Of a DNA stretch of 64,000 bases, positions 48,751 to 63,718 are shown piece after piece. The stretch covers positions 38,566,001-38,630,000 of the forward strand of contig NC_086097.1 in assembly GCF_963921235.1 (NCBI RefSeq). The letters are read 5' to 3'. The notes beneath the pieces are model-generated. The model saw only the letters and a list, made by a program, of their open reading frames with translations, was not told where the DNA came from and searched no databases. How positions within the stretch are numbered: the stretch's first letter is position 1; the number at the start of each line of letters is the position of its first letter. The stretch comes from Mobula hypostoma. Taxonomy: Eukaryota. Position numbers and translations under genes: made by a program.

Positions 48751-51441
48751 GGTCTAACTCCCAGGAAATTTTCACCCTTACCTATCAAGAATGTTATCTG
48801 TCTCTACCATAAAAATAATGAAAGATTCTTCTTTCACTATCCTTTGAAGGAGAGAGTTCCAAAGACTCATAATCCTCTGAGAGAACAAAAAAATATGCTT
48901 AAACTACATCTCAGATCACTTTTTATTCCAACTGTTATCCTCCAGTTCTGGATTCTCTCACAAAAAAAACCCCAAGGATTTTATTTGTTTCAATCAAATT
49001 CCCACTCATTATATAATATCTGGCACGTAAAGGCCCAGACAGTCCAATCACCTCTCATTAGTTAACCCAGCCATTCCAAGTATTAGTCTGGTAAACCTTC
49101 TCTAAACTGCTCTGCATACATTAAGACATCGATACCAATAATACACACAGTATTTCAAATATGATCCTATCAATAATAGCTTCAAGCTATCCTGTTCAGT
49201 TGACATTGAAAGTTTTTAAATTTCAGCAAAATGGCACTGCGACTGGTCACAGCGACTTCTACGGAGTCAACAAAAGGTGCTACCGTTCCACTTAAATATA
49301 CGTTTAATGATCACAAGATTCTGCTATATGTTAAGAACTCAAAGGACTGGAGGTCTACACCATTACAGCGAGCTGCTCACTGACGGAGATAATGAAGGAG
49401 CTGCGCAATGTGCTGCTGCCCAAGTCGTTGGAGGCTCACAGTCAAATAGTGAGTGGCTGTCATGGTCTCTTTTTCTGTGATCGTAAAACTCCTTTGGATA
49501 TTGTTAATTTGGTATGCAGCAAGCTAAATTCACTGATTTAATGGATGCAAGCAGAGGTGGATTGAGGTGGCCTAACTCTCAGTTGTAGCATGGACTAGGC
49601 CTGAGGCCATGGTGTCGTCTGTTTGCAGCCACCTGGAGTGAGAGGATGAAGCCACTGTGCTTCACCGGGGCAGTGTGGCACGGTTTCCAGAACAGAGTCG
49701 GACCTGCCCTCCCAGGGGTTCGCTCGGCAAAAAACAAGCTTTGTCGTGGCCGACTGCAGATTTTTTAGCAGCACTCAATGGACTTGGGCTTCAAGCTACA
49801 GGGTCACTTGCTTTTTAGCCGCAGGAGGAGAGGCGTAGGAGCCATGGTACTCTATTAGGGGCGGCATAGCACAGTTGTAGTGACTGAAGATTTAAAATGG
49901 ACTGATGGGTCTGGACTATATACATATATATTTGTCTGGTTGGGTTTTTACTAACATTCTATATGTGCTTGTATGTACGAGAACTGGGCCTCAAAGTCAC
50001 AGATTCACCTAGTGGGAGTCGGAGCGATGACTGGCCCTCAAAGCCATGGTACCGCCTGGTGGGCATCGGGGACCAGTCGACAGATATCAGTGGGCTATGG
50101 GATCAACATCATTCTATTTTTACTCATATTCTACATGTGTTGTTGATTTGTATGCATCAAGCCACGAACTTTCATGACATTGATTGTGATCATGTGTGCT
50201 TAACGTGTGTGACTGTTAGTACTGTGCCTTGCACCTTGACCTAGTAAAAAAGTTGTCTCATTTGGCTGTATTCAAGAGTATTCATATATACTTGAATTGA
50301 ATTGAATGCTGAAATTCTTACTGTAACTCTTCTAAGATTCCTTTTTAGTCTCAAATAACACAAAATATCAACTATCTGCTTAATACTTGTCTACATTTTA
50401 CACTTTATCCAAGAACTTTAGAAATTCTTTTTACAGTCAAAGCTTATCGGAAGTAAGATATCTTCAAAAGATAGGCATAAATGTGATTACTTGTATATAA
50501 GCATAAGAAACTTCCTTTTAAAACTGAAGCCCCTAATGTTCAGAATGGGCTGGCAAGATGATGGTTCCAAATTTTCACTGAATTTAATTATTTACCTTAT
50601 ATTTGCCTTATATTTTTATGCATCTGAAAATGTTATTATTTTAGTGTTGTCATTCCTAATGATTCTACATTTGCTGTGGTATGTACTTTTCTCATACTTT
50701 AAAAAAAAATTCTTACATTTTATGGCTTCTTTAATGCATGCAGCAATAACACGAATTCTTTCCAGTTTATATTAAGCTCATTGATACATTCCATTTAAAA
50801 ATGCTGTTTTCCAAGAAACCCTTACTACCCTTTCAAAGGGCATTATTTTCTTATGTTCATCAACCAGAATGCGGCATACCACTAGAATTAGGATTCTTGG
50901 CAGCAGAGCTATCTAACCACAGTAATTCATTCTGAAGATATCAGACAAAGGTGTCAACATTTCTGGTTTTGTGCAAAATGTTTATCTGCTATAATTGTGT
51001 CTCCTTCCATGCCGAAAGTTGTGCGATTATGTTACTGAAATATGATTGCATCCTTCTCTATTTTTTTTATGTGCCTAAATTCTTTTTTAAGTTTTGTTTT
51101 GTCAGTTCTTCAAACAATTGTGTTTTGGATAAGTTGCTGTTTCAATTTCTACAGTTAAAAATAGCTGAAGTTTGTTTATTCTTTAATAATGTGATTGTAC
51201 AATTTTATCATAATATGAATTCACTCAGTTAACTGCAGCTTCACTTAACTGACCACAGGGGGCAGCTGCAATTCCAGTTCCTAGCAGCATCACTTAGTTT
51301 GGGAAAAGTGAAATAAAACAATATTTTATCAAAATAAAATAAATTACACCTTTTTATATAAAAACAGCATTCGAAATGCTCCTTTGTAAGTATTGAATGG
51401 ATTTCGAAAAGCTTCAGGTGAATTGAACCTCAGACAATTGA

Positions 51442-54050
51442 ATAGATAATAGAAACATAGAAAACCTACAGCACAATACTGGCCCTTCAGCCCACAATGC
51501 TGTGCCGAACACGTACTTACTTTAGAAATTACCTAAGGTTACCCATAGTTCTCTATTTTTCTAAGCTCCATGTACCTATCCAGGAGCCTCTTAAAAGATC
51601 CTATCGTACCTGCCTCCACCACCGTTGCCGGCAGCCCATTACTCTCTGCGTAAAAACTTGCCCCTGACATTCCCTCTGTACTTACTTCCAAGCATCTTAA
51701 AACTGTGCCCTCTCCTGTTAGCTTTTTCAGCCCTGGGAAAAAGCCTCTGACTAGCCACACAATCAATGTCTCTCACCACCTTATACACCTCTATCAGGTC
51801 ACCTCTCATCCTCCGCCGCTCCAAGGAGTAAAGGCCGAGTTCACCCAACCTATTCTCATAAGGTATGCTCTCCAATTCAGGCAACATCCTTGTAAATCTT
51901 CTCTGCACCCTTTCTATATTTTTCACATCCTTCCTGTAGTGAGGTGACGAGAATTGGGCACAGTACTCCAAGTGGGGTCTGACCAGGCTCCTATATAGCT
52001 GTAACATTACCTCTCGGCTCTTATCAACTCAATCCCATGGTTGATAAAGGCCGATGCACCATATGCCTTCTGAACCACACAGTCAACCTGTGCGGTTGCT
52101 TTGAATGTCCTATGGACTCAGACCCCAAGATCCCTCTGATCCTCCACACTGCCAGTGCCTTACCATTAATACTATATTCTGCCATCATATTTGACCTACC
52201 AAAATGAACCACCTGAGACTTATCTGGGTTGAACTCCATCTGCCACTTGTCAGCCCAGTTTTCCATCCAATCGAAGTCCCGCTATAATCTCTGACAGCCC
52301 TCCACACTATCCACAACACCCCCAACCTTTAGTGTCAACAGCAAATTCACTAACCTATCCCTCCACTTCCTCATCCAGGTCATTTATAAAAATCATGAAG
52401 AGAAGGGGTCCCAGAACAGACCCCTGAGGCATATCACTGGTCACCGACCTCCATGCAGAATATGACCCGTCTACAACCACTCTTTGTCTTCTGTGAGCAA
52501 GCCAGTTCTGGATCCACAAAGCAAGGTCCCCATAGATCCCATGCTTCCTTACTTTCTCAATAAGCCTTGCATGGGTACCTTATCAAATGCCTTGCTGAAA
52601 TCCATATACACTACATCTACTGCTCTTCCTTCATCAACGTGTTTAGTCACGTCCTCAGAAAATTCAATCAGGCTCATAAGACATGACCTGCCTTTGACAA
52701 AGCCATGCTGACTATTCCTAATTATATTATGCCTCTCCAAATATTCATAAATCCTGCCTCTCAGGATCTTTTACATCAACTTACCAACCACTGAAGTAAG
52801 ACTCACTGGTCTATAATTTCCTGGGCTATCTCTACTCCCTTTCTTGAATAAGGGAACAACATCTGCAATCCTCCAATCCTCCAGAACTTCTCCCATTCCC
52901 ATTGATGATGCAAAGATCATTGCTAGAGGTTCAGCAATCTCCTCCCTTGCTTCCCACAGTAGCCTGGGGTACATTTCATCTGGTTCCGGAGACTTATCCA
53001 ATTTGAGACTTTCCAAAAACTGCAGCACATCCTCTTTCTTAATGTCTATATGCTAAAGCCTTTCAGTCTGCTGTAAGTCATCCCTACAATCGCCAAGATC
53101 CTTTTCCGTAGTGAATACTGAAGCAAAGTATTCATTAAGTATCTTGCTATCTCCTCCAGTTCCATACACAGTTGTCCACTGTCACACTTGATTGGTCCTA
53201 TTCTCTTATGTCTTATCCTCTTGCTCTTCACATATCTGTAGAATGCTTTGGGGTTTTCTTTAATCCTGTTTGCCAAGGCCTTCTCATGGCCCCTTCCAGC
53301 TCTCTTAATTTCATTCTTAAGCGCTTTCCTGCTAGCCTTATAACCTTCTAGATTTCTATCATTACCTAGTTTTTTGAACCTTTCCTAAGCTTTTCTTTTC
53401 CTCGTGACTAGATTTTCAACAGCCTTTGTACATCATGGTTCCTGTCCCCTACCATTCTTTCCCTGTCTCATTGGAACGTACCTATGCAGAACGTCTCGCA
53501 AATATCCCCTAAACATTTGCCACATTTCTGCCATACATTTCCCTGACAATATCTGTTCCCAATTTATGCTTCCAAGTTCCTGCCTGATTGCTTCATATTT
53601 CCCCTTACTCCAATTAAACACTTCCCCAACTTGTCTGATCCTATCCCTCTCCAATGCTATGGTAATGAATTGTGATCACTTTCTCCAAAATGCTCTCCCA
53701 CTGACAGACTCGATACCTGACCAGGTTCATTTCCTAATACCAGATCAAGTACAGCCTCTCCTCTTGCAGGCCTATCTATATATTGTGTCAGGAAACCTTC
53801 CTGAACACACCTAACTTACTCCACCCTATCTAAACCCTTTGCTCTAGGGAGATGCCAATCAATATTTGGGAAATTACAATCTCCCACCATGACAACCCTG
53901 TTATTATTACAGCTTTCCAAAATCTGTCTCCCTATTTTCTCCTCCATGTCCCTGTTACTATTGGGTGGTCTATAAAAAACATCCAGAAGAATTATTGACC
54001 CCTTCCTGTTTCTAACTTCCATCCCACAGAGGCTCAGTAAACAATCCCTC
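51442..54050 (-). mobile_element. 5'-truncated CR1 LINE, decayed
   Basis: Minus ORF fragments FYRPPNS...[42 protein letters not shown] and RPHLEYC, with a (TTTCTATG)-type tail. Confidence 0.9.
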
Positions 54051-55393
54051 CACACAATTTACTCAGTAAAAAATAATGGAACTTGGAGGCTGGAGGTCAT
54101 AGAAATAATTTGAACCATAGGGAAAAGGAAAGGGGGAAAAAGGGAAAATTGCTGTGAGGTCCAATACTTCAATGATGGATAGATCTATATGTATTATAAT
54201 TATTGTAATTACCTTGGAACACAGTTGTGACAAGGACATTCAAAACATTCTTGTAGCTTTTCACAATCCAAATTATGAGGGTGATCATCCCTGTCCTCTT
54301 CATATTCAGAGCATATCTGCTTATTATATTCAGCCTATTAGAACAAATTGACACATCTTACAGTTCTACATGATACTATAAAATATCATCATACTATTTT
54401 ATCAGTCAATACTTGTAAAATTAATTCATGACAATGTAAATCACACTTTAAACCTCATTCTGCAGATAGAGGTATAGTTAGTAAGGACACAATTTGTGAC
54501 CAATAATGGTTTGATCTTGAAAAAGTGGTAGTGGATCTTTGCAGCCTACATTGTGAAGATAATCTCATATTTGCTGCAAATTGCTGTTCAAACCTATTTG
54601 TTTTCACAGTGTATTCTGTAGAATTAACAGATTAGTAGCACAGTGTGACAGTGGTGTAGAGAATAAATGTTTTAAGATAGTGGTCTAGTTATTGATAAAT
54701 GAGACTGCTTCATCTGCCTCCTACCCAGCTTCTGGAGATTGCTTAGATTTAAAAATATAGGAAATAAAAATAAAAGTAGGCTCTGCCTTTCAATAAGACA
54801 GTGACTGAACTTTACTACCATACCACTGTCCTGCACTTAGTCTACTCCCATTAATTCCCAATCTCTAAAAACCTACATAACTTTTTCTTGAACTTAATCA
54901 CTAATTATTACGCTATTCAATGGGACCGACCCATCCTTATTCATCTATCTAATAGCACTTGGCTAATAGCTTGTGAGCCTAGATAATTCAAATGCTCGTG
55001 CAGCCAATTCTGAAATGCTATCAGTGACTCTGGTACAACCACTCTGTCCAGCAGTGTATTCCAGGTACTCACCACCTTCTGGGTGAAAAAGCCCCTCTTC
55101 AGATGCCTTCTAAATATTTTACAGTAATCTATATCATTTAGTTTTACATCCAACTGATAAGAGAAAATAAATTTTCCTGTAGCTTGTCCTATCAATAGTC
55201 CTCATAATTTTAAATATCTCAACTATGTGCCCCCTACACCTCTTCCAATCCAGGAATAACAGATTAAGACTTTCCAATCTCTCCTCATAATTGAAATCTC
55301 TAGCCTAGGCAAAATCCTGGTAAACCTCTTTTACGTTCTTTCCAGCAGTGTCACATCTTCCCAATAGTCCGGATCCCAGAACTACATCCCAGA

Positions 55394-58358
55394 ACTAATT
55401 TGCAAGGGGGATGGGACCCGGAGCAATAGAGCTGTGAAAGAAGTGCACGGAGTAAAGCCAGATCTAACATATAGAGAGGCTTTGAGGAAAGAGAAGCAGA
55501 ATAAACGGTGTAAAGGTAGTAAGGTAGAAGGGCTGAAGTGTGTGTACCTCAATGCAAGAAGCATCAGAAACAAAGGTGATGAACTGAGAGCTTGGATACA
55601 TACATGGAATTATGATGTAGTGGCCATTACAGAGACTTGGCTGGCACCAGGGCAGGAATGGATTCTCAATATTCCTGGATTTCAGTGCTTTAAAAGGGAT
55701 AGAGAGGGGGGAAAAAGGGGAGGAGGGCTGGCATTACTGGTCAGGGATACTATTACAGCTACAGAAAGGGTGGGTAATGTAGCAGGATCCTCTTTTGAGT
55801 CAATATGGGTGGAAGTCAGGAACAGGGGGTATTCTATAGGCCCCCTGGTAACAGCAGAGATACAGAGGAGCAGATTGGGAGGCAGATTTTGGAAAGGTGC
55901 AAAAATAACAGGGTTGTTATCATGGGTGACTTTAACTTCCCTAATATTGATTGGCACCTGATTAGTTCCAAAAGTTTAGATGGGGCAGAGTTTGTTAAGT
56001 GTGTCCAGGACGGATTCCTGTCACAGTATATGGACAGGCCGACTAGGGGGAATGCCATACTAGATCTAGTACTAGGTAATGAACCAGGTCAGGTCACAGA
56101 TCTCTCAGTGGGTGAGCATCTGGGGGACAGTGACCACTGCTCCCTGGCCTTTAGCATTATCATGGAAAAGGATAGAATCAGAGAGGACAGGAAAATTTTT
56201 AATTGGAGAAGGGCAAATTATGAGGCTATAAGGCTAGAACTTGTGGGTGTGAATTGGGATGATGCTTTTGCAGGGAAATGTACTATGGACATGTGGTTGA
56301 TATGTAGAGATCTCTTGCAGGATGTTAGGGATAAATTTGTCCCGATGAGGAAGATAAAGAATGGTAGGGTGAAGGAACCATGGGTGACAAGTAAGGTGGA
56401 AAATCTAGTCAGGTGGAAGAAGGCAGCATACATGAGATTTAGGAAGCAAGGATCAGATGAGTCTATTGAGGAATATAGGGAAGCAAGAAAGGAGCTTAAG
56501 AAGGGGCTGAGAAGAGCAAGAAGGGGGCATGAGAAGGCCTTGGCGAGTAGGGTAAAGGAAAACCCCAAGGCATTCTTCAATTATGTGAAGAACAAAAGGA
56601 TGACAGGAGTGAAGGTAGGACCAATTAGAGATAAAGGTGGGAAGATGTGCCTGGAGGCTGTGGAAGTGAGTGAGGTCCTCAATGAATACTTCTCTTCAGT
56701 ATTTACCAATGAGAGGGAACTTGATGATGGTGAGGACAATATGAGTGAGGTTGATGTTCTGGAGCATGTTGATATTAAGGGAGAGGAGGTGTTGGAGTTG
56801 TTAAAATACATTAGGACAGATAAGTCCCCGGGGCCTGACGGAATATTCCCCAGGCTGCTCAACGAGGCGAGGGAAGAGATTGCTGAGCCTCTGGCTAGGA
56901 TCTTTATGTCCTCGTTGTCCACGGGAATGGTACCGGAGGATTGGAGGGAGGCGAATGTTGTCCCCTTGTTCAAAAAAGGTAGTAGGGATAGTGCGGGTAA
57001 TTATAGACCAGTGAGCCTTACGTCTGTGGTGGGAAAGCTGTTGGAAAAGGTTCTCAGAGATAGGATCTCTGGGCATTTAGAGAGTCATGGCCTGATCAGG
57101 GACAGTCAGCATGGCTTTGTGAAGGGCAGATCGTGTCTAACAAGCCTGATAGAGTTCTTTGAGGAGGTGACCAGGCATATAGATGAGGGTAGTGCAGTGG
57201 ATGTGATCTATATGGATTTTAGTAAGGCATTTGACAAGGTTCCACACGGTAGGCTTATTCAGAAAGTCAGAAGGCATGGGATCCAGGGAATTTTGGCCAG
57301 GTGGATTCAGAATTGGCTTGCCTGCAGAAGGCAGAGGGTGGTGGTGGAGGGAGTACATTCAGATTGGAGGGTTGTGACCAGTGGTGTCCCACAAGGATCT
57401 GTTCTGGGACCTCTACTTTTCGTGATTTTTATTAACGACCTGGATGTGGAGGTAGAAGGGTGGGTTGGCAAGTTTGCAGATGACACAAAGGTTGGTGGTG
57501 TTGTAGATAGTGTAGAGGATTGTCAAAGATTGCAGAGAGATAGGATGCAAAAGTGGACTGAGAAGTGGCAGATGGAGTTCAACCCGGAGAAGTGTGAGGT
57601 GGTACACTTTGGAAGGACAAACTCCAAGGCAGAGTACAAGTAAATGGCAGGATACTTGGTAGTGTGGAGGAGCAGAGGGATCTGGGGGTACACGTCCACA
57701 GATCCCTGAGAGTTGCCTCACAGGTGGATAGGGTAGTTAAGAAAGCTTATGGGGGGTTAGCTTTCATAAGTCGGGGGATAGAGTTTAAGAGTCGCAATGT
57801 AATGATGCAGCTCTATAAAACTCTGGTTAGGCCACACTTGGAGTACTGTGTCCAGTTCTGGTCACCTCACTATAGGAAGGATGTGGAAGCATTGAAAAGG
57901 GTACAGAGGAGATTTACCAGGATTCTGCCTGGTTTAGAGAGTATGCATTATGATCAGAGATTAAGGGAGCTGGGGCTTTACTCTTTGAAGAGAAGGAGGA
58001 TGAGAAGAGAAATGATAGAGGAGTACAAGATAATAAGAGGAATAGATAGAGTGGATAGCCAGCGCCAATTCCCCAGGGCACCACTGCTCAATACAAGAGG
58101 ACATGACTTTAAGGTAAGGGGTGGGAAGTTCAAGGGGGATATTAGAGGAAGGTTTTTTACTCAGAGAGTGGTTGGTGCGTGGAATGCACTGCCTGAGTCA
58201 GTGGTGGAGGCAGATACACTAGTGAAGTTTAAGAGACTACCAGACAGGTATATGGAGGAATTTAAGGTGGGGAGTTATATGGGAGGCAGAGTTTGAGGGT
58301 CGGCACAACATTGTGGGCCAAAAGGCCTGTACTGTGCTGTACTATTCTATGTTCTATG
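55394..58358 (+). mobile_element. Young CR1 LINE with nearly complete ORF2 (APE + RT)
   Basis: YLNARSI...[25 protein letters not shown] and FADD motifs. A 612-aa open stretch with about two frame breaks. TTCTATG x2 tail and TACAT duplication (55383-87, 58359-63). Confidence 0.93.
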
Positions 58359-58570
58359 TACATGGCATACTCCAGCTGAGCTCTTTCCAATGTTTTATAA
58401 AATTGGACTGTAACCTCCCTGCTCTTACGCCTGTATCCCATTTGTTTTCACAACCATGTTTATCTATGTGCACCACTACTTTTAAGGATTTTTGAACTTG
58501 AACACTATTCCTCAAATCCTTAGAACCCTACCAAAGTTCAGAGTACATTTATTATCAATGTACACATACC

Positions 58571-59850
58571 ATAGATAGAAACAGAGAAACACAGAAAACC
58601 TACAGCACAATACAGGCTCTTCGGCTCACAAAGCTGTGCCAAACATGTCCTTACCTTAGGAATTACCTAGGGTTACCCATAGCCCTCTAGTTTTCTAAAC
58701 TCCATGTACCTATCCAGGAATCTCTTAAAAGACCCTATCGTGCCCTCCTCCACCACCGTCGCCGGCAGCCCATTCCATGCACTCACCACTCTCTGCGTAA
58801 AAATCTTACCCCTGACATGTCCTCTGTACCTACTTCCAGGCACCTTAAAACCATGCCCTCTTGTGCTAGCCATTTCAGCCCTGGGAAAAAGCCTCTGACT
58901 ATCCATACGATCAATGCCTCTCACCATCTTATACACCTCTATCAGGTCACCTCTCATCCTCCATCGCTCCAAGGAGAAAAGGCCAAGTTCACTCAACCTG
59001 TTCTCATAAGGTATGTTCCCTAATCCAGGCAACATCCTAGTAAATCTCCTCTGCACCCTTTCTACGTTTTCCACATCCTACCTGTAGTAAAGCGACCAGT
59101 ATTGAGCACAGTACTCCAAGTGGGGTCTGACCAGGGCCCTATATAGCTGCAACATTACCTCTCGGCTCCTAAACTCAATCCTACAATTGATGAAGGCCAA
59201 TGCACCGTATGCTTTCTTAACCACAGAGTCAACCTGCGTATCAGTTTTGAGTGTCCTATAGACTCGGACCCCAAGATCCCTCTGATTCTCCACATTGCCA
59301 AGAGTCTTGAGTCTTACCATTAATACTATATTCTGCCATCATATTTGACCTACCAAAATGAACCACCACCTCAGTATTATCTGGGTTGAACTCCATCTGC
59401 CACTTCTCAGCCCAGTTTTGCATCTTTATCAATGTCCCACTGTAACCTCTGACAGCCCTCCACACTATCCACATCACCCCCAACCTTTGTGCCATCAGCA
59501 AATGTACTAACCCACCTCTCCACTTCCTCATCCAGGTCATTTATAAAAATCACAAAGAGGAGGGGTCCCAGAACAGATCCCCGAGGCACACCACTGGTCA
59601 CCGACCGCCATGCAGAATATGACCTGTCTACAATCACTCTTTGCCCCCTGTTGGCAAGCCACAAAGTAATGGTCCCCTTGGATCCCATGCCTCTTTACTT
59701 GCTCAATAATCCTTGCATGGGGTACCTTATCAAATGCCTTGCTGCAATCCATATACACTACATCTACTGCTCTACCTACATCAATGTGTTTAGTCACATC
59801 CTCAAAAAATTCAATCAGGCTCGTAAGGCATGGCCTGCCTTTGACAAAAC
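58571..59850 (-). mobile_element. 5'-truncated CR1 LINE (same family as 51442-54050)
   Basis: RT C-terminal fragments and a tail nearly identical to 51442-51600. ACCATA is repeated at both ends. Confidence 0.88.
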
Positions 59851-60784
59851 CATATACAATCTTGAGGTTCATCTTCTTGTAGGCAACCAGAAAACAAAGA
59901 AATACAAAAATACAAAAACTCCAAACAAAAAAGACTGGCAAACATCCAATGTGCAAAAAAAAAGAACAAGTTGTGCAAACAATAAAAAAGTAAACAAATA
60001 ATACATAGAACATGAACTGCAGAGTTCCCAAAAGTAGGCCTAGAAACAGAGCCAGCTCAGTGCTGAGGCGAGTGCAGCCAGTCCAGGAGCACGATGGCTG
60101 CTAGCTGCAGAGCCAGTTCAGTATTGAGGTGAGGGAAACCTTCCAGAAGCCCAAGGGCTACAGACCACAGCTGATGTCTGTTCAGCGCTGAGGCAAATGA
60201 AGCTGGCCCAGGAGCCCAACGGCTGCAGAGCAACAATTACTTCTGAACTTGGCTCCTGCTCTATCTGCGTAATGGTAGCAGTGAGAAGGGCTTAGATGGG
60301 AGATAGGAGATCTCGGCTGACACAGAGAAATGAACGGTTCAACCTCCATTCAAGGTATATGTCCTAGTGCCATTACTACACCCAAAATGCAACACCTTAC
60401 ACTTACATACCCATCTACAATTTTTCAGCCCATTTCACCAACACTTCACTAATCACCCTGTAGTCTAAGACTCCCTACATACAGCCAACTACTCCTATCA
60501 TGCTTACTGATCATGCCTCCTACATCCATATCCAAATCATTCAATTCCAGCCCAAATCCCTGCAGAGCACCACTCGTCACAGGCATCACAAAATCAACCC
60601 TCTACCAACACTTTTTGCCTCCTATTGCTAATCCAAGTTTGGATTGAATTTACTAACTTGACCTGGATCCTATGGTGTCTAACCTTCTAGACTAATCTCC
60701 ATGTGCGACCTTGTCTGAGACCTTACTTAAGTACTGAACTCTCATCATTAGAGTGTATTTTGTTACCTCTTTAAAAATTCTTCA

Positions 60785-62290
60785 AAAATCTAAAAAGTCT
60801 GGAGGTTTAACGCCTTACCTAGTTTTAGGTTTTATTACTGGGCAGTTAATATATGATATCTTAGGTTTTGGCTATATTATATTAATCATGTAGACTGCCT
60901 GGTATGGGTTTCTTTAGAAGCTAACTCTGTTAATAAATTTTCTATTATTTCTCTTCTTGGATCCTCACTTCCTTTATTTGTAAGTAACTTAACTGATAAT
61001 TTAATAGTTAAACATACTCTGAGGATCTGGATACAATTTAGAAAACATTTTGGTTTATTGAGATTTTCCCTTTCTAGTCCCATTTATTCTAATTTTTTTT
61101 AAACGTTCCATGATTGATTTAGTTTTTAAAGAATGGGGCGGGTTGGGTATTAAATGTTTTCGGTATCTGTTTGTTGGAGGGATTCTTTTCTCATCTGAGC
61201 AACTGTCAACTAAATATAGCTTACCCAAAACTCACTTTTTTTTAGGTATCTACAGATCAGAGACTTCCAAAGATCTCAATTCTGCACATTTCCTGTAAGC
61301 TCAGACAAGAACTTACTAGACGTTAATTTTTAATTTGACACCTTTTCATAATGCTGCAATATCTAATAGTTATGGTATGTTACTGGAGACCAGGAATGTT
61401 CCTTGAGACAAAATTAAGAATGTCTGGAAACAAGATTTACAGACATCAATATCTAAGGAAACTTGGAATGAAATTTTTAAACTGGTTAATACTTCATCGC
61501 TATGTGCTTGCCATTCCCTCATACAATTTAAGGTGGTACATAGAGTCCATATGACTAAAGATAAGCTATCTCGTTTTTATTCGGATATATCTCCCTACTG
61601 TGACAGATGTAATAATGGAGAAGCTTCATTAATTCATATGCTTTGGACTTGTCCGTGTCTTGAAAACTATTGGAAGGAAGTTTTTCAAACTCTTTCTTTA
61701 CGTTTCAAAGTCAATTTTAAGCCTAATCCTCTGATGGCCCTATTTGGTATTGTTGCAGGACAAGATATCAAGCAGAAGACATCTGATTTACATATTTTGG
61801 CCTTTAGCTCTCTTATAGCAAGGAGGGTGCTTTTGTTTGAATGGAAAGACGTTCTTCCTCCAACTCATGCTCAATGGTTATGCGACATTACGTCATGCTT
61901 AGATTTAGAGAAGATTCGTTATTCAATTTCTGAATCTCATCAAGAATTTCAAACATTGTGGGGACCCTTTCTGAATTATTTTCAAAACCCTCAATTCATT
62001 GTTTAAATTCAGATGTTGGCTATTATTAATTTTACGAGAAGGTATTTTACCTTTTTTCTCCTTAACAAACAGCTTCGGTCTTGGTAGGGGTTAGACTTTT
62101 TTTTTGTAATAAACTGGTATATTTCAATATAACTATTGACGAACACATGAATATGGGGTAATGAGCTTATTATTATGAATAGATATAATGTTATTGGTAG
62201 TTTTTAAAATCTTTTTTGACCTTTTACATACACTTTCTTGTACTCTATGTCTTCTTCTATGTGGAAACTAATAAAAATATTGAAAAGAAA
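60785..62290 (+). mobile_element. 5'-truncated L1 fragment (different subfamily from the 23950 L1)
   Basis: FRFYYWAVNI...VHRVHMTKDKL...CDRCNNGEASLIHMLWTCP...LEKIRY, AATAAA near 62269, approximate TSD AAAAATTC(C)TTCA. Confidence 0.85.
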
Positions 62291-62719
62291 AATTCCTTCA
62301 GATTGGTCAAACAACATCTGTCTTTGGCAACGCTATACAGGTTATTTCTAATTAGTATCATCTTTCTAATTGATCATTAAAGGATCAGCACATTTGATGA
62401 GAGATTCAGTAATGAATCTTACAGACATGAAAATCGGTAATGCTCTGTCTTTACAGATGGTTGTTTGTTTGATACAAATTGAATTGAATTGATTGGCTTT
62501 ATTTCTTACATCTTTCACATACGAGGAGTAAAACATACGTCTCCATCTAAAAGTGCCATGTGCAATCATAGTAATTTATAATAAATAGAACAGTCAATGT
62601 AAAATAGAGTACACTCATGAGTTCATCAGTCTAATGGCCTGGTGGAAGAAGCTGTCCTGGCTTTTATGCTGTGGGTACTGCTTGAACTTCTAAAGTTCAA
62701 TACCTTACACCTGTCTGTA

Positions 62720-63718
62720 TTAAACTCCATCCTGAACACCGGCGTGCCTCAAGGCTGTGTGCTGAGCCCTCTTCTGTACTCCCTTTTCAACTATGACTGC
62801 GTTCCTGTACATGATTCTAACTCCATAATCAAGTTCGCAGACGACACCACGGTGGTTGGTCTGATCAGAGGGGAAGACGAGACGGCCTACAGGGACAAGG
62901 TCCAGCACCTGGCTGCGTGGTGTGCTGACAACAATCTGGCCCTTAACACCCAGAAGACCAAGGAGATCATTGTGGACTTCAGGCATGCCAGGAGTCACAT
63001 TTACGTCCCCATCTACATCAACGGAACTGTAGTGGAGTGTGTATCAAGCTTCAAATTCCTTGGTGTCTGCATTTCTGAGGATCTCACCTGGTTCCTGAAC
63101 TCCTCCATCCTAATCAAACAGGCACAACAGCACCATTATTTCCTGCGGAGCATGAAGAAAGCTCATCTCTGTCCCAGGATACTGACGGACTTTTACCGGT
63201 GTACCATTGAGAGCATACTCACCAACTGCATTTCAGTGTGGTATGGCAATTGTCCCATATCGGACTGCAAAGCACTCCAGCGTGTGGTGAAAACTGCCCA
63301 GTGGATTACCGGCACCCAATTGTCCACCATTGAGAACATCTACCATAAACGCTGCCTGGGCAGGGCGAAAAGCATTATCAGGAATGCATCTCACCCTAAC
63401 CATGGACTTTTTACTCTCCTCCCATCTGGTAGGCGCTACAGGAGCCTCCGCTCCCACACCAGCAGGCACAGGAACAGCTTCTTCCCTGAGGCTGTGACAC
63501 TGCTGAACCTCTCATCACAGCACTAAGCAGTATTGCATCCGTATTGTACTGTCTCAGTACTTTTATATTTGTGTGCTGTAGCACTTTTTTTTATTCACAG
63601 TTATTTTGTAAATAACACTATTCTTTGCATTTCTGGTCAGATGCTAAATGCATTTCATTGGCTTTGTATCTGTACTCGGCACAATGACAATAAATTTGAA
63701 CCTAATCTAATCTAATCT
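62720..63718 (+). mobile_element. 5'-truncated Rex1-like LINE, intact RT C-terminal half
   Basis: ORF to 63526: NTGVPQGCVLSPLLYSL, KFADD, KTKEIIVDFR, FYRCTIESIL and LLPSGRRYRS, with an (AATCT)n tail. Confidence 0.9.

Noticed and set aside
50491..50578. Possible upstream SPATA7 exon (ENLEPSSCQPILNIRGF...)
   Set aside because: Phase is compatible, but splice sites are weak and I recognise no similarity. Not supportable without RNA data.
51250..51267. CTCF-like motif GACCACAGGGGGCAGC
   Set aside because: One base short of the CCASYAGRKGGCRS core, and a lone partial motif is not evidence of binding.
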